Below the pieces are notes generated by a model. It ran no database searches and had not been told where the DNA came from. It worked only from the letters and a program-made list of their open reading frames with translations. This document shows, piece by piece, positions 1 through 12,893 of a stretch of 64,000 bases of DNA. This stretch comes from Escherichia coli (GTDB taxonomy: Bacteria; Pseudomonadota; Gammaproteobacteria; Enterobacterales; Enterobacteriaceae), in NCBI RefSeq assembly GCF_044324875.1, contig NZ_CP172185.1. The stretch is one strand, 5' to 3'. The translations under genes were made by a program, and so were the position numbers. Numbering within the stretch: position 1 is the stretch's first letter; each line of letters starts with the position of its first letter.

Positions 1-1106
<1,106 letters not shown>

Positions 1107-1173
1107 TAGCCTGCGCAGACAAACCCGACTTCACAGCGTAAGATAATTGTTCATTTCGCGCTGTGGAGTCGGT

Positions 1174-1749
1174 ATGACGCAACAAATCACCCTCATTAAA
1201 GACAAAATTCTCTCCGATAACTATTTCACCCTGCACAACATTACTTACGATCTCACGCGCAAAGATGGCGAAGTTATCCGCCATAAACGTGAAGTTTACG
1301 ATCGCGGTAATGGTGCAACGATCCTCCTGTACAACGCGAAGAAAAAGACCGTGGTTCTGATTCGTCAGTTCCGCGTCGCTACCTGGGTTAATGGCAATGA
1401 AAGCGGGCAGCTGATCGAAACCTGCGCCGGGCTGCTGGATAACGACGAACCGGAAGTGTGCATTCGCAAAGAAGCGATTGAAGAGACGGGTTATGAAGTT
1501 GGCGAAGTGCGCAAATTATTTGAACTGTATATGTCGCCAGGCGGTGTGACTGAGCTAATCCACTTCTTTATCGCCGAATACAGTGACAGCCAGCGCGCTA
1601 ACGCCGGTGGTGGTGTCGAAGATGAAGATATTGAAGTGCTCGAGCTGCCGTTCAGCCAGGCGCTGGAGATGATCAAAACCGGCGAGATACGTGACGGTAA
1701 GACGGTGTTATTGCTTAACTATTTGCAAACGTCACATTTAATGGACTGA
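1174..1749 (+). CDS. nudK: GDP-mannose pyrophosphatase (Nudix hydrolase)
   Basis: Protein from [11 protein letters not shown] recognised as NudK (191 aa); ATG at 1174 lies in frame inside track ORF 1147..1749. Confidence 0.9.
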   Translation: MTQQITLIKDKILSDNYFTLHNITYDLTRKDGEVIRHKREVYDRGNGATILLYNAKKKTVVLIRQFRVATWVNGNESGQLIETCAGLLDNDEPEVCIRKEAIEETGYEVGEVRKLFELYMSPGGVTELIHFFIAEYSDSQRANAGGGVEDEDIEVLELPFSQALEMIKTGEIRDGKTVLLLNYLQTSHLMD

Positions 1750-1874
1750 AAAATAACAATAATATTTCGTTGTTTATTATTGGCTCAATCCGACAAATCC
1801 GATTGAGCCGCGCTACCTGCGCAACGAAGATACGACTTGTGCTGTTTGTTTGAACTTCTGGGGTCGTACCGTCC

Positions 1875-2918
1875 ATGCGCTATCGCATTTTCCTTCTCTT
1901 TTTTTTCGCTTTGTTGCCGACGTCTTTGGTGTGGGCGGCACCAGCGCAACGGGCGTTTTCCGACTGGCAGGTCACCTGTAATAATCAAAATTTTTGTGTG
2001 GCGCGCAATACGGGCGATCATAATGGACTGGTGATGACCCTGAGCCGCAGCGCTGGGGCGCATACCGATGCCGTTTTACGTATTGAGCGCGGCGGGTTGA
2101 AGTCGCCGGATGCGTCGGAAGGGGAGATAGCGCCACGGCTGCTGTTAGATGGTGAGCCGTTGGCATTAAGTGGTGACAAGTGGCGGATTTCACCATGGTT
2201 ATTAGTAACCGATGATACGGCAACCCTCACCGCGTTTTTGCAGATGATTCAGGAAGGGAAGGCAATCACCTTACGCGATGGCAATCAGACCATTTCTCTG
2301 AATGGCTTAAAAGCGGCGTTGTTGTTTATTGATGCTCAGCAAAAGCGCGTTGGCAGTGAAACCGCGTGGATAAAGAAAGGGGACGAACCGCCGCTCAGCG
2401 TACCGCCCGCGCCTGCGCTGAAAGAGGTCGCGGTGGTTAACCCAACGCCGACGCCACTCTCACTCGAAGAACGCAACGATTTGCTGGATTATGGAAACTG
2501 GCGGATGAATGGTCTGCGCTGCTCGCTTGATCCGTTACGTCGTGAGGTGAATGTCACTGCGCTGACCGATGATAAAGCACTGATGATGATTAGCTGTGAG
2601 GCAGGGGCCTATAACACCATTGATTTGGCATGGATTGTGTCGCGTAAAAAGCCGCTAGCCTCGCGCCCGGTACGGTTGCGTTTGCCGTTCAACAACGGTC
2701 AGGAGACGAATGAACTGGAACTGATGAACGCAACATTTGATGAGAAATCGCGTGAACTGGTGACCTTAGCGAAAGGGCGCGGATTAAGCGATTGTGGCAT
2801 TCAGGCGCGCTGGCGCTTTGACGGTCAGCGTTTTCGCCTGGTGCGTTACGCCGCAGAACCCACCTGCGATAACTGGCATGGGCCAGACGCCTGGCCCACG
2901 TTGTGGATCACCCGTTAA
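1875..2918 (+). CDS. ypfG: DUF1176 periplasmic protein with signal peptide
   Basis: 347 aa ORF with hydrophobic N-terminal signal sequence; recognised as YpfG. Confidence 0.85.
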   Translation: MRYRIFLLFFFALLPTSLVWAAPAQRAFSDWQVTCNNQNFCVARNTGDHNGLVMTLSRSAGAHTDAVLRIERGGLKSPDASEGEIAPRLLLDGEPLALSGDKWRISPWLLVTDDTATLTAFLQMIQEGKAITLRDGNQTISLNGLKAALLFIDAQQKRVGSETAWIKKGDEPPLSVPPAPALKEVAVVNPTPTPLSLEERNDLLDYGNWRMNGLRCSLDPLRREVNVTALTDDKALMMISCEAGAYNTIDLAWIVSRKKPLASRPVRLRLPFNNGQETNELELMNATFDEKSRELVTLAKGRGLSDCGIQARWRFDGQRFRLVRYAAEPTCDNWHGPDAWPTLWITR

Positions 2919-2956
2919 ACAAAATCGCAGATGAGGCCCTAAAAAGCGCACGGACC

Positions 2957-2998
2957 GTCCCCTCGCCCCTCTGGGAGAGGGTTAGGGTGAGGGGAACA
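2957..2998. repeat. GC-rich palindromic intergenic repeat between convergent ypfG and tktB; family not assigned
   Basis: About 42 bp nearly identical to 16335..16377 (gtcccctcgcccct-N-gggagagggttagggtgaggggaaca). Confidence 0.6.
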
Positions 2999-3005
2999 TA
3001 CAGCA

Positions 3006-5009
3006 TCAGGCACCTTTCACTCCCAGCACCTTATGCGCTTTTGCCACAATATTCTCGGCGGTAAAGCCAAAGAACGGGAACAGCTTATCTGCCGGAGCAG
3101 ATTCCCCATAACCTGTCATCCCAACAATCGCCCCTTTCAAACCAACATACTTGTACCAGTAATCGGCGATGCCTGCTTCCACCGCCACGCGAGCCGCAAC
3201 GTTAGAAGGCAACACCGACTCCCGATATTCCTCATCCTGGGCGTCGAAAATATCGGTCGAAGGTAGGGAAACTACGCGTACATTACGACCTTCTCCCGCT
3301 AATTTCTCCGCCGCTTGCAGGGTGATTTCCATCTCTGAACCGGTGGCAATCAAAATAATATCTGGCTTGCCGCCGCTGTCTTTCAGCACATAACCACCAC
3401 GAGCAATCTCTTTAACCTGATCCGGCGTACGTTCCACCTGGGCCAGATTCTGCCTTGAGAGGATCAGTGCCGTCGGTCCGTTGTGGCGCTCAACCGCCAG
3501 CTTCCAGCCTACCGCTGCTTCCACCTGATCGCACGGTCGCCAGGTGCTGAAATTTGGCGTTAAGCGCAAACTGGCCAGTTGCTCAACAGCCTGGTGGGTC
3601 GGACCATCTTCCCCTAAGCCAATTGAGTCGTGGGTATAAACCATAATCTGCCGCGCTTTCATCAGTGCCGCCATCCGCGCGGCGTTACGGGCGTATTCAA
3701 CAAACATCAGGAACGTCGCGGTATACGGCACAAAGCCGCCGTGGTGCGCAATGCCGTTGGCGATAGCGGTCATGCCAAATTCACGCACCCCGTAGTGAAT
3801 GTAGTTGCCCGCCGGATCTTCCTTCAGCGAAACAGAACCTTTCCAGATGGTCAGGTTGCTGGGAGCCAGATCCGCCGAACCGCCGAGCAACTCCGGTAGC
3901 ATAGGCCCGTAAGCGTTAAGCGTATTTTGCGAAGCCTTACGGGTAGCGATTTTCGCCGGATTCGCCTGCAATTCATTGATATATTTCTGAGTCGTTTTCT
4001 CCCAGTCCTTCGGCAAACCGCCGCTCATCCGACGGGTAAACTCTTCTGCCAGTTGCGGATGGGCCTTTTTATAGGCGGCAAACTTCTCATTCCAGCTCTG
4101 CTGCGCTTTTTCGCCTTTTTCGCGGGCATCCCAGGCGTGATAAATCTCTTTAGGGATCTCAAATGGCGGATGGTGCCAGCCCAGTTTTTGCCGTGCCAGC
4201 GCCACTTCTTCTTCCCCCAGCGGTGCGCCGTGCGCCTCTTCCTTACCTGCTTTATTCGGCGAACCAAAGCCAATTACTGTGCGGCAGATAATCAGCGACG
4301 GCTTATCTTTCACGCTTTGCGCTTCAAGGATCGCTTTCTTCACCGCCTGCGGATCGTGACCGTCGATTTCATGGATCACATGCCAGTGATAGGCTTCAAA
4401 ACGTTTTGCTGTATCGTCGGTAAACCAGCCTTCGGTTTCACCGTCGATGGAAATACCGTTGTGATCGTAAAAACCAATCAGCTTGCCCAGTCCCAGCGTG
4501 CCCGCCAGCGAACAGACTTCGTGGGAAATACCTTCCATCAGGCAACCGTCGCCCATAAACACATAGGTGAAGTGATCGACAATTTCATGATCCGGCTGGT
4601 TAAACTGCGCCGCCAGTGTACGCTCTGCTATCGCCAGTCCGACGGCGTTCGCCAAACCTTGTCCAAGTGGACCGGTGGTGGTTTCAACACCTGGCGTATA
4701 GCCAATCTCCGGGTGACCTGGGGTTTTTGAATGCAACTGACGGAAGTTCTTCAGCTCTTCCAGCGGCAGGTCGTAACCGGTCAGATGTAGCAAACTGTAG
4801 AGCAGCATCGACGCGTGGCCGTTGGAAAGAATAAAGCGGTCGCGATCATACCAGGTTGGGTCGGTGGGGTTATGTTTAAGAAAATCGTTCCACAGCACTT
4901 CGGCAATATCAGCCATGCCCATCGGCGCGCCGGGATGACCAGAATTGGCTTTTTGTACCGCATCCATACTGAGTGCGCGAATCGCATTGGCAAGGTCTTT
5001 TCGGGACAT
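3006..5009 (-). CDS. tktB: transketolase 2
   Basis: Protein from [21 protein letters not shown] recognised as TktB (667 aa); ATG at 5007..5009 (complement) inside longer track ORF 3006..5072. Confidence 0.93.
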   Translation of the reverse strand: MSRKDLANAIRALSMDAVQKANSGHPGAPMGMADIAEVLWNDFLKHNPTDPTWYDRDRFILSNGHASMLLYSLLHLTGYDLPLEELKNFRQLHSKTPGHPEIGYTPGVETTTGPLGQGLANAVGLAIAERTLAAQFNQPDHEIVDHFTYVFMGDGCLMEGISHEVCSLAGTLGLGKLIGFYDHNGISIDGETEGWFTDDTAKRFEAYHWHVIHEIDGHDPQAVKKAILEAQSVKDKPSLIICRTVIGFGSPNKAGKEEAHGAPLGEEEVALARQKLGWHHPPFEIPKEIYHAWDAREKGEKAQQSWNEKFAAYKKAHPQLAEEFTRRMSGGLPKDWEKTTQKYINELQANPAKIATRKASQNTLNAYGPMLPELLGGSADLAPSNLTIWKGSVSLKEDPAGNYIHYGVREFGMTAIANGIAHHGGFVPYTATFLMFVEYARNAARMAALMKARQIMVYTHDSIGLGEDGPTHQAVEQLASLRLTPNFSTWRPCDQVEAAVGWKLAVERHNGPTALILSRQNLAQVERTPDQVKEIARGGYVLKDSGGKPDIILIATGSEMEITLQAAEKLAGEGRNVRVVSLPSTDIFDAQDEEYRESVLPSNVAARVAVEAGIADYWYKYVGLKGAIVGMTGYGESAPADKLFPFFGFTAENIVAKAHKVLGVKGA

Positions 5010-5028
5010 ATAACACTCCGTGGCTGGT

Positions 5029-5979
5029 TTATAGTTTGGCGGCAAGAAGATCTTCCAGTTTGCGTTGATCAACGGCGAACAGACGAATGCCTTCAGACAG
5101 TTTTTCTACCGCCATCGCATCCTGATTGTGCTCCCAACGGAACTCCGCTTCGCTCATGGGAGCGGGGCGTGGGAACGTCTGAGAAGGTGGGATTAATTTA
5201 CGTACCACTGGCGAAACTTTTTCCTGCAGCTCCTTCAGCAAATTCGGTGCGATAGTCAGTCGATCGCAGCCGGTTAAGGCGAGGATTTGTTCGGTGCGAC
5301 GGAAGCTCGCGCCCATCACAATGGTTTCATAGCGGTGTTGCTTATAGTAGTCGTAGATATTGCGCACCGATTTAACGCCCGGATCTTCTTCCACCACATA
5401 CGGGTCCATCGGCTTGCGTGCCTGATACCAGTCATAAATACGCCCGACAAACGGCGAAATCAGAAAAACGCCTGCTTCTGCACAGGCCCGCGCCTGGGCA
5501 AAAGAAAACAGCAGCGTCAGGTTGCAGTTAATACCTTCTTTTTCCAGCTCTTCTGCCGCGCGAATTCCTTCCCAGGTCGAAGCCAGTTTGATCAGAATGC
5601 GTGATTTCTCAACGCCTTGTTGCTGATACAAGTCCACCAGATGGCGCGCCTTCTCAATACTCTTTTCTTTATCAAAAGAGAGGCGTGCATCAACTTCTGT
5701 TGACACGCGACCGGGTACGATTTTGAGAATTTCAGCACCGAAATTGACCGCCAGTTTGTCACACGCTGCGACCACCTGTTGTTCCTGGGTCTTGCCATTT
5801 TTTTTACCCCAGGCGATAGCATCGTCTATTAAATGCTCATATTGTGATAATCCGGCAGCCTTGAGTAACAGCGAAGGATTGGTGGTGGCATCCTGGGGAT
5901 GATAATGGCGAATGGACTCAATATCGCCGCTGTCTGCCACGACAGTGGTGAACTGTTTGATGCCGTCTAACTCGTTCAT
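5029..5979 (-). CDS. talA: transaldolase A
   Basis: 316 aa ORF recognised as TalA; immediately upstream of tktB on the same strand. Confidence 0.93.
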   Translation of the reverse strand: MNELDGIKQFTTVVADSGDIESIRHYHPQDATTNPSLLLKAAGLSQYEHLIDDAIAWGKKNGKTQEQQVVAACDKLAVNFGAEILKIVPGRVSTEVDARLSFDKEKSIEKARHLVDLYQQQGVEKSRILIKLASTWEGIRAAEELEKEGINCNLTLLFSFAQARACAEAGVFLISPFVGRIYDWYQARKPMDPYVVEEDPGVKSVRNIYDYYKQHRYETIVMGASFRRTEQILALTGCDRLTIAPNLLKELQEKVSPVVRKLIPPSQTFPRPAPMSEAEFRWEHNQDAMAVEKLSEGIRLFAVDQRKLEDLLAAKL

Positions 5980-6267
5980 AGGAAATACTCCTTGAAAAGT
6001 AAAGTGTTAGATGAGTGCGTTAATTCACACTTCTGAGAAATTTCGCTAAACGCATCAAAAAAGCATAGCAGACAGGCATGGTATTGCTGGATTAAGCAGG
6101 TAACATCAGTGTTATAGGATTATTACCAAAACATTATATTAATGGTGAGAGTTTGGACTTGCTCAAAGTCTGTAGACTCCGGCAGGGTAATAATGTGCGC
6201 CACGTTGTGGGCAGGGGCTGTTGCCCACACACTTTATTTGTGAACGTTACGTGAAAGGAACAACCAA

Positions 6268-8547
6268 ATGGATGACCAGTTAAAACAAAGTGCACTTGAT
6301 TTCCATGAATTTCCAGTTCCAGGGAAAATCCAGGTTTCTCCAACCAAGCCTCTGGCAACGCAGCGCGATCTGGCGCTGGCCTACTCACCAGGCGTTGCCG
6401 CACCTTGTCTTGAAATCGAAAAAGACCCGTTAAAAGCCTACAAATATACCGCGCGCGGTAACCTGGTGGCGGTGATCTCTAACGGTACGGCGGTGCTGGG
6501 GTTAGGCAACATTGGCGCGCTGGCGGGCAAACCGGTGATGGAAGGCAAGGGCGTTCTGTTTAAGAAATTCGCCGGGATTGATGTATTTGACATTGAAGTT
6601 GATGAACTCGACCCGGACAAATTTATTGAAGTCGTCGCCGCGCTTGAACCGACCTTCGGCGGCATCAACCTCGAAGACATTAAAGCGCCAGAATGTTTCT
6701 ATATTGAACAGAAACTGCGCGAGCGGATGAATATTCCGGTATTCCACGACGATCAGCACGGCACGGCAATCATCAGCACTGCCGCCATCCTCAACGGTTT
6801 GCGCGTGGTGGAGAAAAACATCTCCGACGTGCGGATGGTGGTTTCCGGCGCGGGTGCCGCAGCAATCGCCTGTATGAACCTGCTGGTAGCGCTGGGTCTG
6901 CAAAAACATAACATCGTGGTTTGCGACTCAAAAGGCGTTATCTATCAGGGCCGTGAGCCAAACATGGCGGAAACCAAAGCCGCATATGCGGTGGTGGATG
7001 ACGGCAAACGTACCCTCGATGATGTGATTGAAGGCGCGGATATTTTCCTGGGATGTTCCGGCCCGAAAGTGCTGACCCAGGAAATGGTGAAGAAAATGGC
7101 CCGTGCGCCAATGATCCTGGCGCTGGCGAACCCGGAACCGGAAATTCTGCCGCCGCTGGCGAAAGAAGTGCGTCCGGATGCCATCATCTGTACCGGCCGT
7201 TCCGACTACCCGAACCAGGTGAACAACGTTCTTTGCTTCCCGTTCATCTTCCGTGGCGCGCTGGACGTTGGCGCAACCGCCATCAACGAAGAGATGAAAC
7301 TGGCGGCGGTACGCGCGATTGCAGAACTGGCCCATGCGGAACAGAGCGAAGTGGTGGCTTCAGCGTATGGCGATCAGGATCTGAGCTTTGGTCCGGAATA
7401 CATCATTCCAAAACCGTTTGATCCGCGCTTGATCGTCAAGATCGCTCCTGCGGTGGCGAAAGCGGCGATGGAGTCGGGCGTGGCGACGCGTCCGATTGCT
7501 GATTTCGACGTCTACATCGACAAGCTGACGGAGTTCGTTTACAAAACCAACCTGTTTATGAAGCCGATTTTTTCCCAGGCTCGCAAAGCGCCGAAGCGCG
7601 TCGTTCTGCCGGAAGGTGAAGAGGCGCGCGTTCTGCATGCCACTCAGGAACTGGTAACGCTGGGGCTGGCGAAACCGATCCTTATCGGTCGTCCGAACGT
7701 GATCGAAATGCGCATTCAGAAACTGGGCTTGCAGATCAAAGCGGGTGTTGATTTTGAGATCGTCAATAACGAATCCGATCCGCGCTTTAAAGAGTACTGG
7801 ACTGAATACTTCCAGATCATGAAGCGTCGCGGTGTCACTCAGGAACAGGCGCAGCGTGCATTGATCAGTAACCCGACAGTGATCGGCGCAATCATGGTTC
7901 AGCGTGGCGAAGCCGATGCAATGATCTGCGGTACGGTGGGCGATTATCATGAACATTTTAGCGTGGTGAAAAATGTCTTTGGTTATCGCGATGGCGTTCA
8001 CACCGCAGGTGCCATGAACGCGCTGCTGCTGCCGAGTGGTAACACCTTTATTGCCGATACATACGTCAATGACGAACCAGACGCAGAAGAGCTGGCGGAG
8101 ATCACCTTGATGGCGGCAGAAACTGTTCGTCGTTTTGGTATTGAGCCGCGTGTGGCTCTGTTGTCGCACTCCAACTTTGGTTCTTCTGACTGCCCGTCGT
8201 CGAGCAAAATGCGTCAGGCGCTGGAACTGGTCAGGGAACGTGCACCAGAACTGATGATTGATGGTGAAATGCACGGCGATGCAGCGCTGGTGGAAGCGAT
8301 TCGCAATGACCGTATGCCGGACAGCCCTTTGAAAGGTTCCGCTAATATTCTGGTGATGCCGAACATGGAAGCTGCCCGCATTAGTTACAACTTATTGCGC
8401 GTTTCCAGCTCGGAAGGTGTGACTGTCGGCCCGGTGCTGATGGGTGTGGCGAAACCGGTTCACGTGTTAACGCCGATCGCATCGGTACGTCGTATCGTCA
8501 ACATGGTGGCGCTGGCTGTGGTTGAAGCGCAAACCCAACCGCTGTAA
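6268..8547 (+). CDS. maeB: NADP-dependent malic enzyme with C-terminal phosphotransacetylase-like domain
   Basis: 759 aa ORF recognised as MaeB. Confidence 0.95.
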   Translation: MDDQLKQSALDFHEFPVPGKIQVSPTKPLATQRDLALAYSPGVAAPCLEIEKDPLKAYKYTARGNLVAVISNGTAVLGLGNIGALAGKPVMEGKGVLFKKFAGIDVFDIEVDELDPDKFIEVVAALEPTFGGINLEDIKAPECFYIEQKLRERMNIPVFHDDQHGTAIISTAAILNGLRVVEKNISDVRMVVSGAGAAAIACMNLLVALGLQKHNIVVCDSKGVIYQGREPNMAETKAAYAVVDDGKRTLDDVIEGADIFLGCSGPKVLTQEMVKKMARAPMILALANPEPEILPPLAKEVRPDAIICTGRSDYPNQVNNVLCFPFIFRGALDVGATAINEEMKLAAVRAIAELAHAEQSEVVASAYGDQDLSFGPEYIIPKPFDPRLIVKIAPAVAKAAMESGVATRPIADFDVYIDKLTEFVYKTNLFMKPIFSQARKAPKRVVLPEGEEARVLHATQELVTLGLAKPILIGRPNVIEMRIQKLGLQIKAGVDFEIVNNESDPRFKEYWTEYFQIMKRRGVTQEQAQRALISNPTVIGAIMVQRGEADAMICGTVGDYHEHFSVVKNVFGYRDGVHTAGAMNALLLPSGNTFIADTYVNDEPDAEELAEITLMAAETVRRFGIEPRVALLSHSNFGSSDCPSSSKMRQALELVRERAPELMIDGEMHGDAALVEAIRNDRMPDSPLKGSANILVMPNMEAARISYNLLRVSSSEGVTVGPVLMGVAKPVHVLTPIASVRRIVNMVALAVVEAQTQPL

Positions 8548-8564
8548 TTCATTCTTAACTCTCA

Positions 8565-8598
8565 CGCTTACCCTGAATATTCAGGGTAAGCGGTTTTC
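8565..8598 (+). terminator. rho-independent terminator of maeB
   Basis: Perfect hairpin cgcttaccctgaatattcagggtaagcg followed by a T-rich run. Confidence 0.7.
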
Positions 8599-8599
8599 C

Positions 8600-8839
8600 T
8601 GAAATATATTAGTAAAGCTTATTACTGAGTTTACGAATAATAAAAAAAGCAGTATATGAAATATCTCGATATTATTTTATTTATATTCATGCGTCGCATA
8701 TGAAAGTTTATTCATAACAGTAAATATCTCTCCATTCTTAGTGATCTACCTCACCTTTTAAACGCGCTTGCCGAATTTTGTTATTTACTCTGACGAAAAA
8801 TTGTCACGATACACGAAAGTTTTTCACAGGCGGCGACTC
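8600..8839 (+). promoter_or_regulatory. AT-rich upstream region of eutS, presumed main eut operon promoter
   Basis: 240 bp AT-rich non-coding stretch directly upstream of the first eut gene; exact -35/-10 elements not assigned. Confidence 0.4.
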
Positions 8840-9175
8840 ATGGATAAAGAACGCATCATTCAGGAATTTGTGCCCGGCAAACAGGTCACGCTGGCGCATC
8901 TCATCGCGCATCCCGGCGAGGAACTGGCGAAGAAAATCGGCGTTCCTGATGCGGGCGCAATCGGCATTATGACGCTAACTCCTGGCGAAACGGCGATGAT
9001 CGCCGGTGATTTAGCATTGAAAGCCGCTGATGTGCATATCGGTTTTCTCGACCGCTTCAGCGGTGCATTGGTGATTTATGGCTCGGTGGGCGCAGTAGAA
9101 GAAGCATTATCACAAACCGTCAGCGGTTTAGGTCGCTTATTAAATTATACGCTTTGTGAAATGACCAAAAGTTAA
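8840..9175 (+). CDS. eutS: ethanolamine utilisation microcompartment shell protein EutS
   Basis: Protein from [14 protein letters not shown] recognised as EutS (111 aa); ATG at 8840 in frame inside track ORF 8768..9175. Confidence 0.9.
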
Positions 9176-9187
9176 TACGAGGCATTC

Positions 9188-9667
9188 ATGAAACGAATTG
9201 CGTTTGTGGGTACCGTCGGGGCAGGAAAAACAACGTTATTTAATGCGTTGCAGGGGAATTATACCCTCGCCAGAAAAACACAGACCGTGGAATTTAATGA
9301 TAAGGGCGATATTGATACGCCGGGTGAATATTTTAGCCATCCCCGCTGGTATCACGCCTTAATTACCACGCTACAGGATGTGGACATGCTGATCTATGTC
9401 CATGGCGCAAATGACCCGGAAAGCCGATTGCCTGCCGGGTTGCTGGATATTGGCGTCAGCAAACGGCAAATCGCCATCATCAGTAAAACGGACATGCCGG
9501 ATGCTGACGTCGCCGCAACGCGAAAGTTATTGCTTGAGACGGGCTTCGAGGAGCCGATTTTCGAGCTAAACAGCCACGACCCGCAAAGCGTGCAGCAACT
9601 GGTGGATTATCTGGCATCTCTCACCAAACAGGAGGAAGCAGGTGAAAAAACTCATCACAGCGAATGA
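9188..9667 (+). CDS. eutP: ethanolamine utilisation protein EutP, P-loop NTPase
   Basis: 159 aa; GTVGAGKTT Walker A motif; operon position. Confidence 0.9.
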   Translation: MKRIAFVGTVGAGKTTLFNALQGNYTLARKTQTVEFNDKGDIDTPGEYFSHPRWYHALITTLQDVDMLIYVHGANDPESRLPAGLLDIGVSKRQIAIISKTDMPDADVAATRKLLLETGFEEPIFELNSHDPQSVQQLVDYLASLTKQEEAGEKTHHSE

Positions 9668-10343
9668 TATTCGTGAAGCACACGCGCGCGGCGAACAGGC
9701 AATGTCCGTGGTTCTGCGCGCCAGCATTATTACCCCGGAAGCCCGTGAAGTGGCAGATCTACTGGGTTTTACCATCACTGAATGTGATGAATCGACCCCG
9801 GTAACGGCGTCCGTTCCCGCCAGCGTGCCAGCCGATAAAACCGAAAGCCAGCGCATCCGCGAAACCATCATCGCCCAGCTACCGGAAGGCCAGTTTACCG
9901 AAAGCCTGGTCGCGCAGCTGATGGAAAAAGTGATGAAGGAAAAACAGTCACTGGAGCAGGGTGCAATGCAGCCGAGTTTCAAATCGGTTACCGGCAAAGG
10001 CGGCATCAAAGTTATTGATGGCAGCAGCGTCAAGTTTGGTCGTTTTGACGGCGCACAGCCACACTGCGTCGGATTAACGGATCTGGTCACCGGAGACGAC
10101 GGCAGCAGCATGGCCGCTGGTTTTATGCAGTGGGAGAACGCCTTCTTCCCGTGGACCCTGAACTATGACGAAATCGACATGGTACTGGAAGGGGAACTGC
10201 ACGTTCGCCACGAAGGCGAAACCATGATCGCCAAAGCAGGCGACGTGATGTTTATCCCGAAAGGCTCCAGCATCGAATTTGGTACGACATCCAGCGTGAA
10301 ATTCCTGTATGTCGCCTGGCCGGCTAACTGGCAATCCCTATGA
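9642..10343 (+). CDS. eutQ: ethanolamine utilisation protein EutQ, cupin domain
   Basis: 233 aa ORF recognised as EutQ; start overlaps eutP 3' end by 26 bp. Confidence 0.88.
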   Translation: MKKLITANDIREAHARGEQAMSVVLRASIITPEAREVADLLGFTITECDESTPVTASVPASVPADKTESQRIRETIIAQLPEGQFTESLVAQLMEKVMKEKQSLEQGAMQPSFKSVTGKGGIKVIDGSSVKFGRFDGAQPHCVGLTDLVTGDDGSSMAAGFMQWENAFFPWTLNYDEIDMVLEGELHVRHEGETMIAKAGDVMFIPKGSSIEFGTTSSVKFLYVAWPANWQSL

Positions 10344-11143
10344 AAGATTTCATCACCGAAGCATGGCTAAGAGCGAACCATACGCTCAGCGAAGGCGCAG
10401 AGATCCATCTCCCTGCGGACAGTCGCCTGACGCCCTCTGCCCGGGAGTTGCTGGAAAGCCGCCATCTGCGCATCAAGTTTATTGACGAGCAGGGCCGCCT
10501 GTTTGTTGACGATGAACAGCAGCAGCCGCAGCCCGTTCATGGGCTGACCAGTAGCGATGAACATCCGCAGGCGTGCTGCGAACTGTGCCGCCAGCCGGTA
10601 GCAAAAAAGCCGGATACGCTGACTCACCTGTCGGCGGAAAAAATGGTCGCCAAAAGCGATCCGCGCCTGGGTTTTCGCGCTGTTCTCGACAGCACCATTG
10701 CGCTGGCAGTGTGGCTGCAAATTGAACTGGCAGAACCGTGGCAGCCATGGCTGGCGGACATCCGCTCGCGTCTTGGCAACATTATGCGCGCCGATGCGCT
10801 CGGGGAACCGCTGGCCTACCAGGCGATTGTCGGGCTTTCTGACGAAGATCTGCATCGGCTTTCTCATCAGCCGCTGCGCTATCTCGACCACGATCATCTG
10901 GTGCCGGAAGCCAGCCACGGGCGCGATGCTGCGTTGCTCAATCTGCTACGCACCAAAGTGCGGGAAACCGAAACCGTAGCGGCGCAGGTGTTTATAACCC
11001 GCAGTTTTGAAGTATTACGCCCGGACATCTTGCAGGCGCTGAACCGCCTTTCGAGCACGGTCTACGTGATGATGATCCTGAGCGTAACGAAGCAGCCTCT
11101 AACGGTGAAGCAGATCCAACAACGACTGGGGGAAACGCAATGA
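10340..11143 (+). CDS. eutT: EutT corrinoid adenosyltransferase
   Basis: 267 aa ORF; operon position; start overlaps the eutQ stop. Confidence 0.88.
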   Translation: MKDFITEAWLRANHTLSEGAEIHLPADSRLTPSARELLESRHLRIKFIDEQGRLFVDDEQQQPQPVHGLTSSDEHPQACCELCRQPVAKKPDTLTHLSAEKMVAKSDPRLGFRAVLDSTIALAVWLQIELAEPWQPWLADIRSRLGNIMRADALGEPLAYQAIVGLSDEDLHRLSHQPLRYLDHDHLVPEASHGRDAALLNLLRTKVRETETVAAQVFITRSFEVLRPDILQALNRLSSTVYVMMILSVTKQPLTVKQIQQRLGETQ

Positions 11144-12156
11144 TTATTGAACGTTGTCGTGAACTGGCGTTGCGAGCGCCCGCCAGAGTGGTTTTTCCGG
11201 ATGCGTTAGATCAACGTGTGCTGAAAGCCGCGCAATATTTACATCAACAAGGTCTGGCAACGCCCATTCTGGTCGCCAATCCGTTTGAACTTCGTCAGTT
11301 TGCGCTCAGTCACGGCGTGGCGATGGACGGGCTACAGGTGATAGATCCGCATGGCAACCTCGCAATGCGGGAAGAATTTGCTCTCCGCTGGCTGGCCCGT
11401 GCGGGCGAAAAAACGCCGCCGGATGCGTTGGAAAAACTCACCGATCCGCTGATGTTCGCTGCCGCAATGGTCAGCGCCGGGACAGCGGATGTCTGTATCG
11501 CGGGCAATCTCTCTTCCACGGCGAATGTGCTGCGTGCCGGATTACGCATTATTGGCTTACAGCCAGGCTGTAAAACGCTCTCCTCCATTTTCCTGATGCT
11601 GCCACAGTACAGCGGTCCGGCGTTGGGTTTTGCCGATTGCAGCGTGGTACCACAGCCGACGGCGGCACAACTGGCGGATATCGCGCTTGCCAGCGCCGAA
11701 ACCTGGCGCGCCATCACCGGAGAAGAGCCGCGCGTGGCGATGTTGTCGTTTTCCAGTAACGGCAGCGCCCGTCACCCCTGCGTTGCCAATGTCCAGCAGG
11801 CGACAGAAATCGTCCGTGAGCGCGCGCCGCAGTTGGTAGTCGATGGCGAGTTGCAGTTTGACGCCGCCTTCGTGCCGGAAGTGGCGGCGCAAAAAGCGCC
11901 TGCCAGCCCGCTACAAGGCAAGGCCAATGTGATGGTTTTTCCGTCGCTGGAAGCCGGAAATATTGGCTACAAAATCGCACAACGACTCGGCGGATATCGT
12001 GCCGTCGGGCCATTGATACAAGGACTTGCCGCGCCGATGCACGATCTCTCTCGTGGTTGTAGCGTGCAGGAAATTATCGAGCTGGCGCTGGTGGCAGCTG
12101 TGCCGCGTCAGACAGAAGTAAACCGTGAAAGCAGTTTACAAACACTGGTTGAATGA
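11140..12156 (+). CDS. eutD: phosphotransacetylase EutD
   Basis: 338 aa Pta-family protein; operon position. Confidence 0.9.
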   Translation: MIIERCRELALRAPARVVFPDALDQRVLKAAQYLHQQGLATPILVANPFELRQFALSHGVAMDGLQVIDPHGNLAMREEFALRWLARAGEKTPPDALEKLTDPLMFAAAMVSAGTADVCIAGNLSSTANVLRAGLRIIGLQPGCKTLSSIFLMLPQYSGPALGFADCSVVPQPTAAQLADIALASAETWRAITGEEPRVAMLSFSSNGSARHPCVANVQQATEIVRERAPQLVVDGELQFDAAFVPEVAAQKAPASPLQGKANVMVFPSLEAGNIGYKIAQRLGGYRAVGPLIQGLAAPMHDLSRGCSVQEIIELALVAAVPRQTEVNRESSLQTLVE

Positions 12157-12194
12157 ACGGTCCCGTTCTGGACCCTGATAAAGAGGAAAGCACA

Positions 12195-12488
12195 ATGGAA
12201 GCATTAGGAATGATCGAAACCCGGGGCCTGGTTGCACTGATTGAGGCTTCTGACGCGATGGTGAAAGCTGCGCGCGTCAAGCTGGTTGGTGTTAAGCAGA
12301 TTGGCGGCGGCCTGTGTACTGCCATGGTTCGTGGTGATGTTGCAGCCTGTAAAGCCGCGACCGACGCAGGTGCTGCAGCGGCACAGCGTATCGGCGAGCT
12401 GGTATCTGTACACGTTATCCCGCGTCCGCACGGCGACCTGGAAGAAGTCTTCCCGATCGGCCTGAAAGGCGATAGCAGCAACCTGTAA
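12195..12488 (+). CDS. eutM: BMC shell protein EutM
   Basis: Protein from [22 protein letters not shown] recognised as EutM (97 aa); ATG at 12195 inside track ORF 12153..12488. Confidence 0.92.
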   Translation: MEALGMIETRGLVALIEASDAMVKAARVKLVGVKQIGGGLCTAMVRGDVAACKAATDAGAAAAQRIGELVSVHVIPRPHGDLEEVFPIGLKGDSSNL

Positions 12489-12594
12489 TCACCCTGTGTG
12501 ACGTCGATTCGGGCGTCACGCTCTCTCCTTTTTCAGTTTACCTTCCGCGGAAGGTAGGGGGAGCTTTTACCTGAAATACGCCACGGAGGCGGGT

Positions 12595-12882
12595 ATGAAA
12601 CTGGCAGTCGTCACTGGACAAATTGTTTGTACCGTACGCCATCACGGACTGGCGCATGACAAATTGCTGATGGTGGAAATGATTGATCCACAAGGTAATC
12701 CTGACGGGCAATGCGCCGTCGCCATCGACAATATTGGCGCGGGAACCGGGGAGTGGGTGTTGCTGGTGAGTGGCAGTTCTGCCCGCCAGGCGCATAAAAG
12801 CGAAACGTCACCGGTCGATCTGTGCGTGATTGGCATCGTCGATGAGGTGGTGACTGGCGGTCAGGTAATTTTCCACAAATAA
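12595..12882 (+). CDS. eutN: BMC vertex protein EutN
   Basis: 95 aa EutN/CcmL-family ORF; operon position. Confidence 0.9.
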   Translation: MKLAVVTGQIVCTVRHHGLAHDKLLMVEMIDPQGNPDGQCAVAIDNIGAGTGEWVLLVSGSSARQAHKSETSPVDLCVIGIVDEVVTGGQVIFHK

Positions 12883-12893
12883 GGCAGAACATC

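Noticed and set aside
3927-4730. 267-aa ORF on the plus strand
   Set aside because: Antisense within tktB; shadow ORF.
7360-8274. 304-aa ORF on the minus strand
   Set aside because: Lies entirely antisense within maeB; composition-driven shadow ORF with no independent start context.
8548-8839. Possible riboswitch or leader RNA upstream of the eut operon (AdoCbl riboswitches control eut in some Firmicutes)
   Set aside because: The region is simply AT-rich with no conserved GC-rich structured core, and enterobacterial eut operons are controlled by the EutR protein; no support for a riboswitch.
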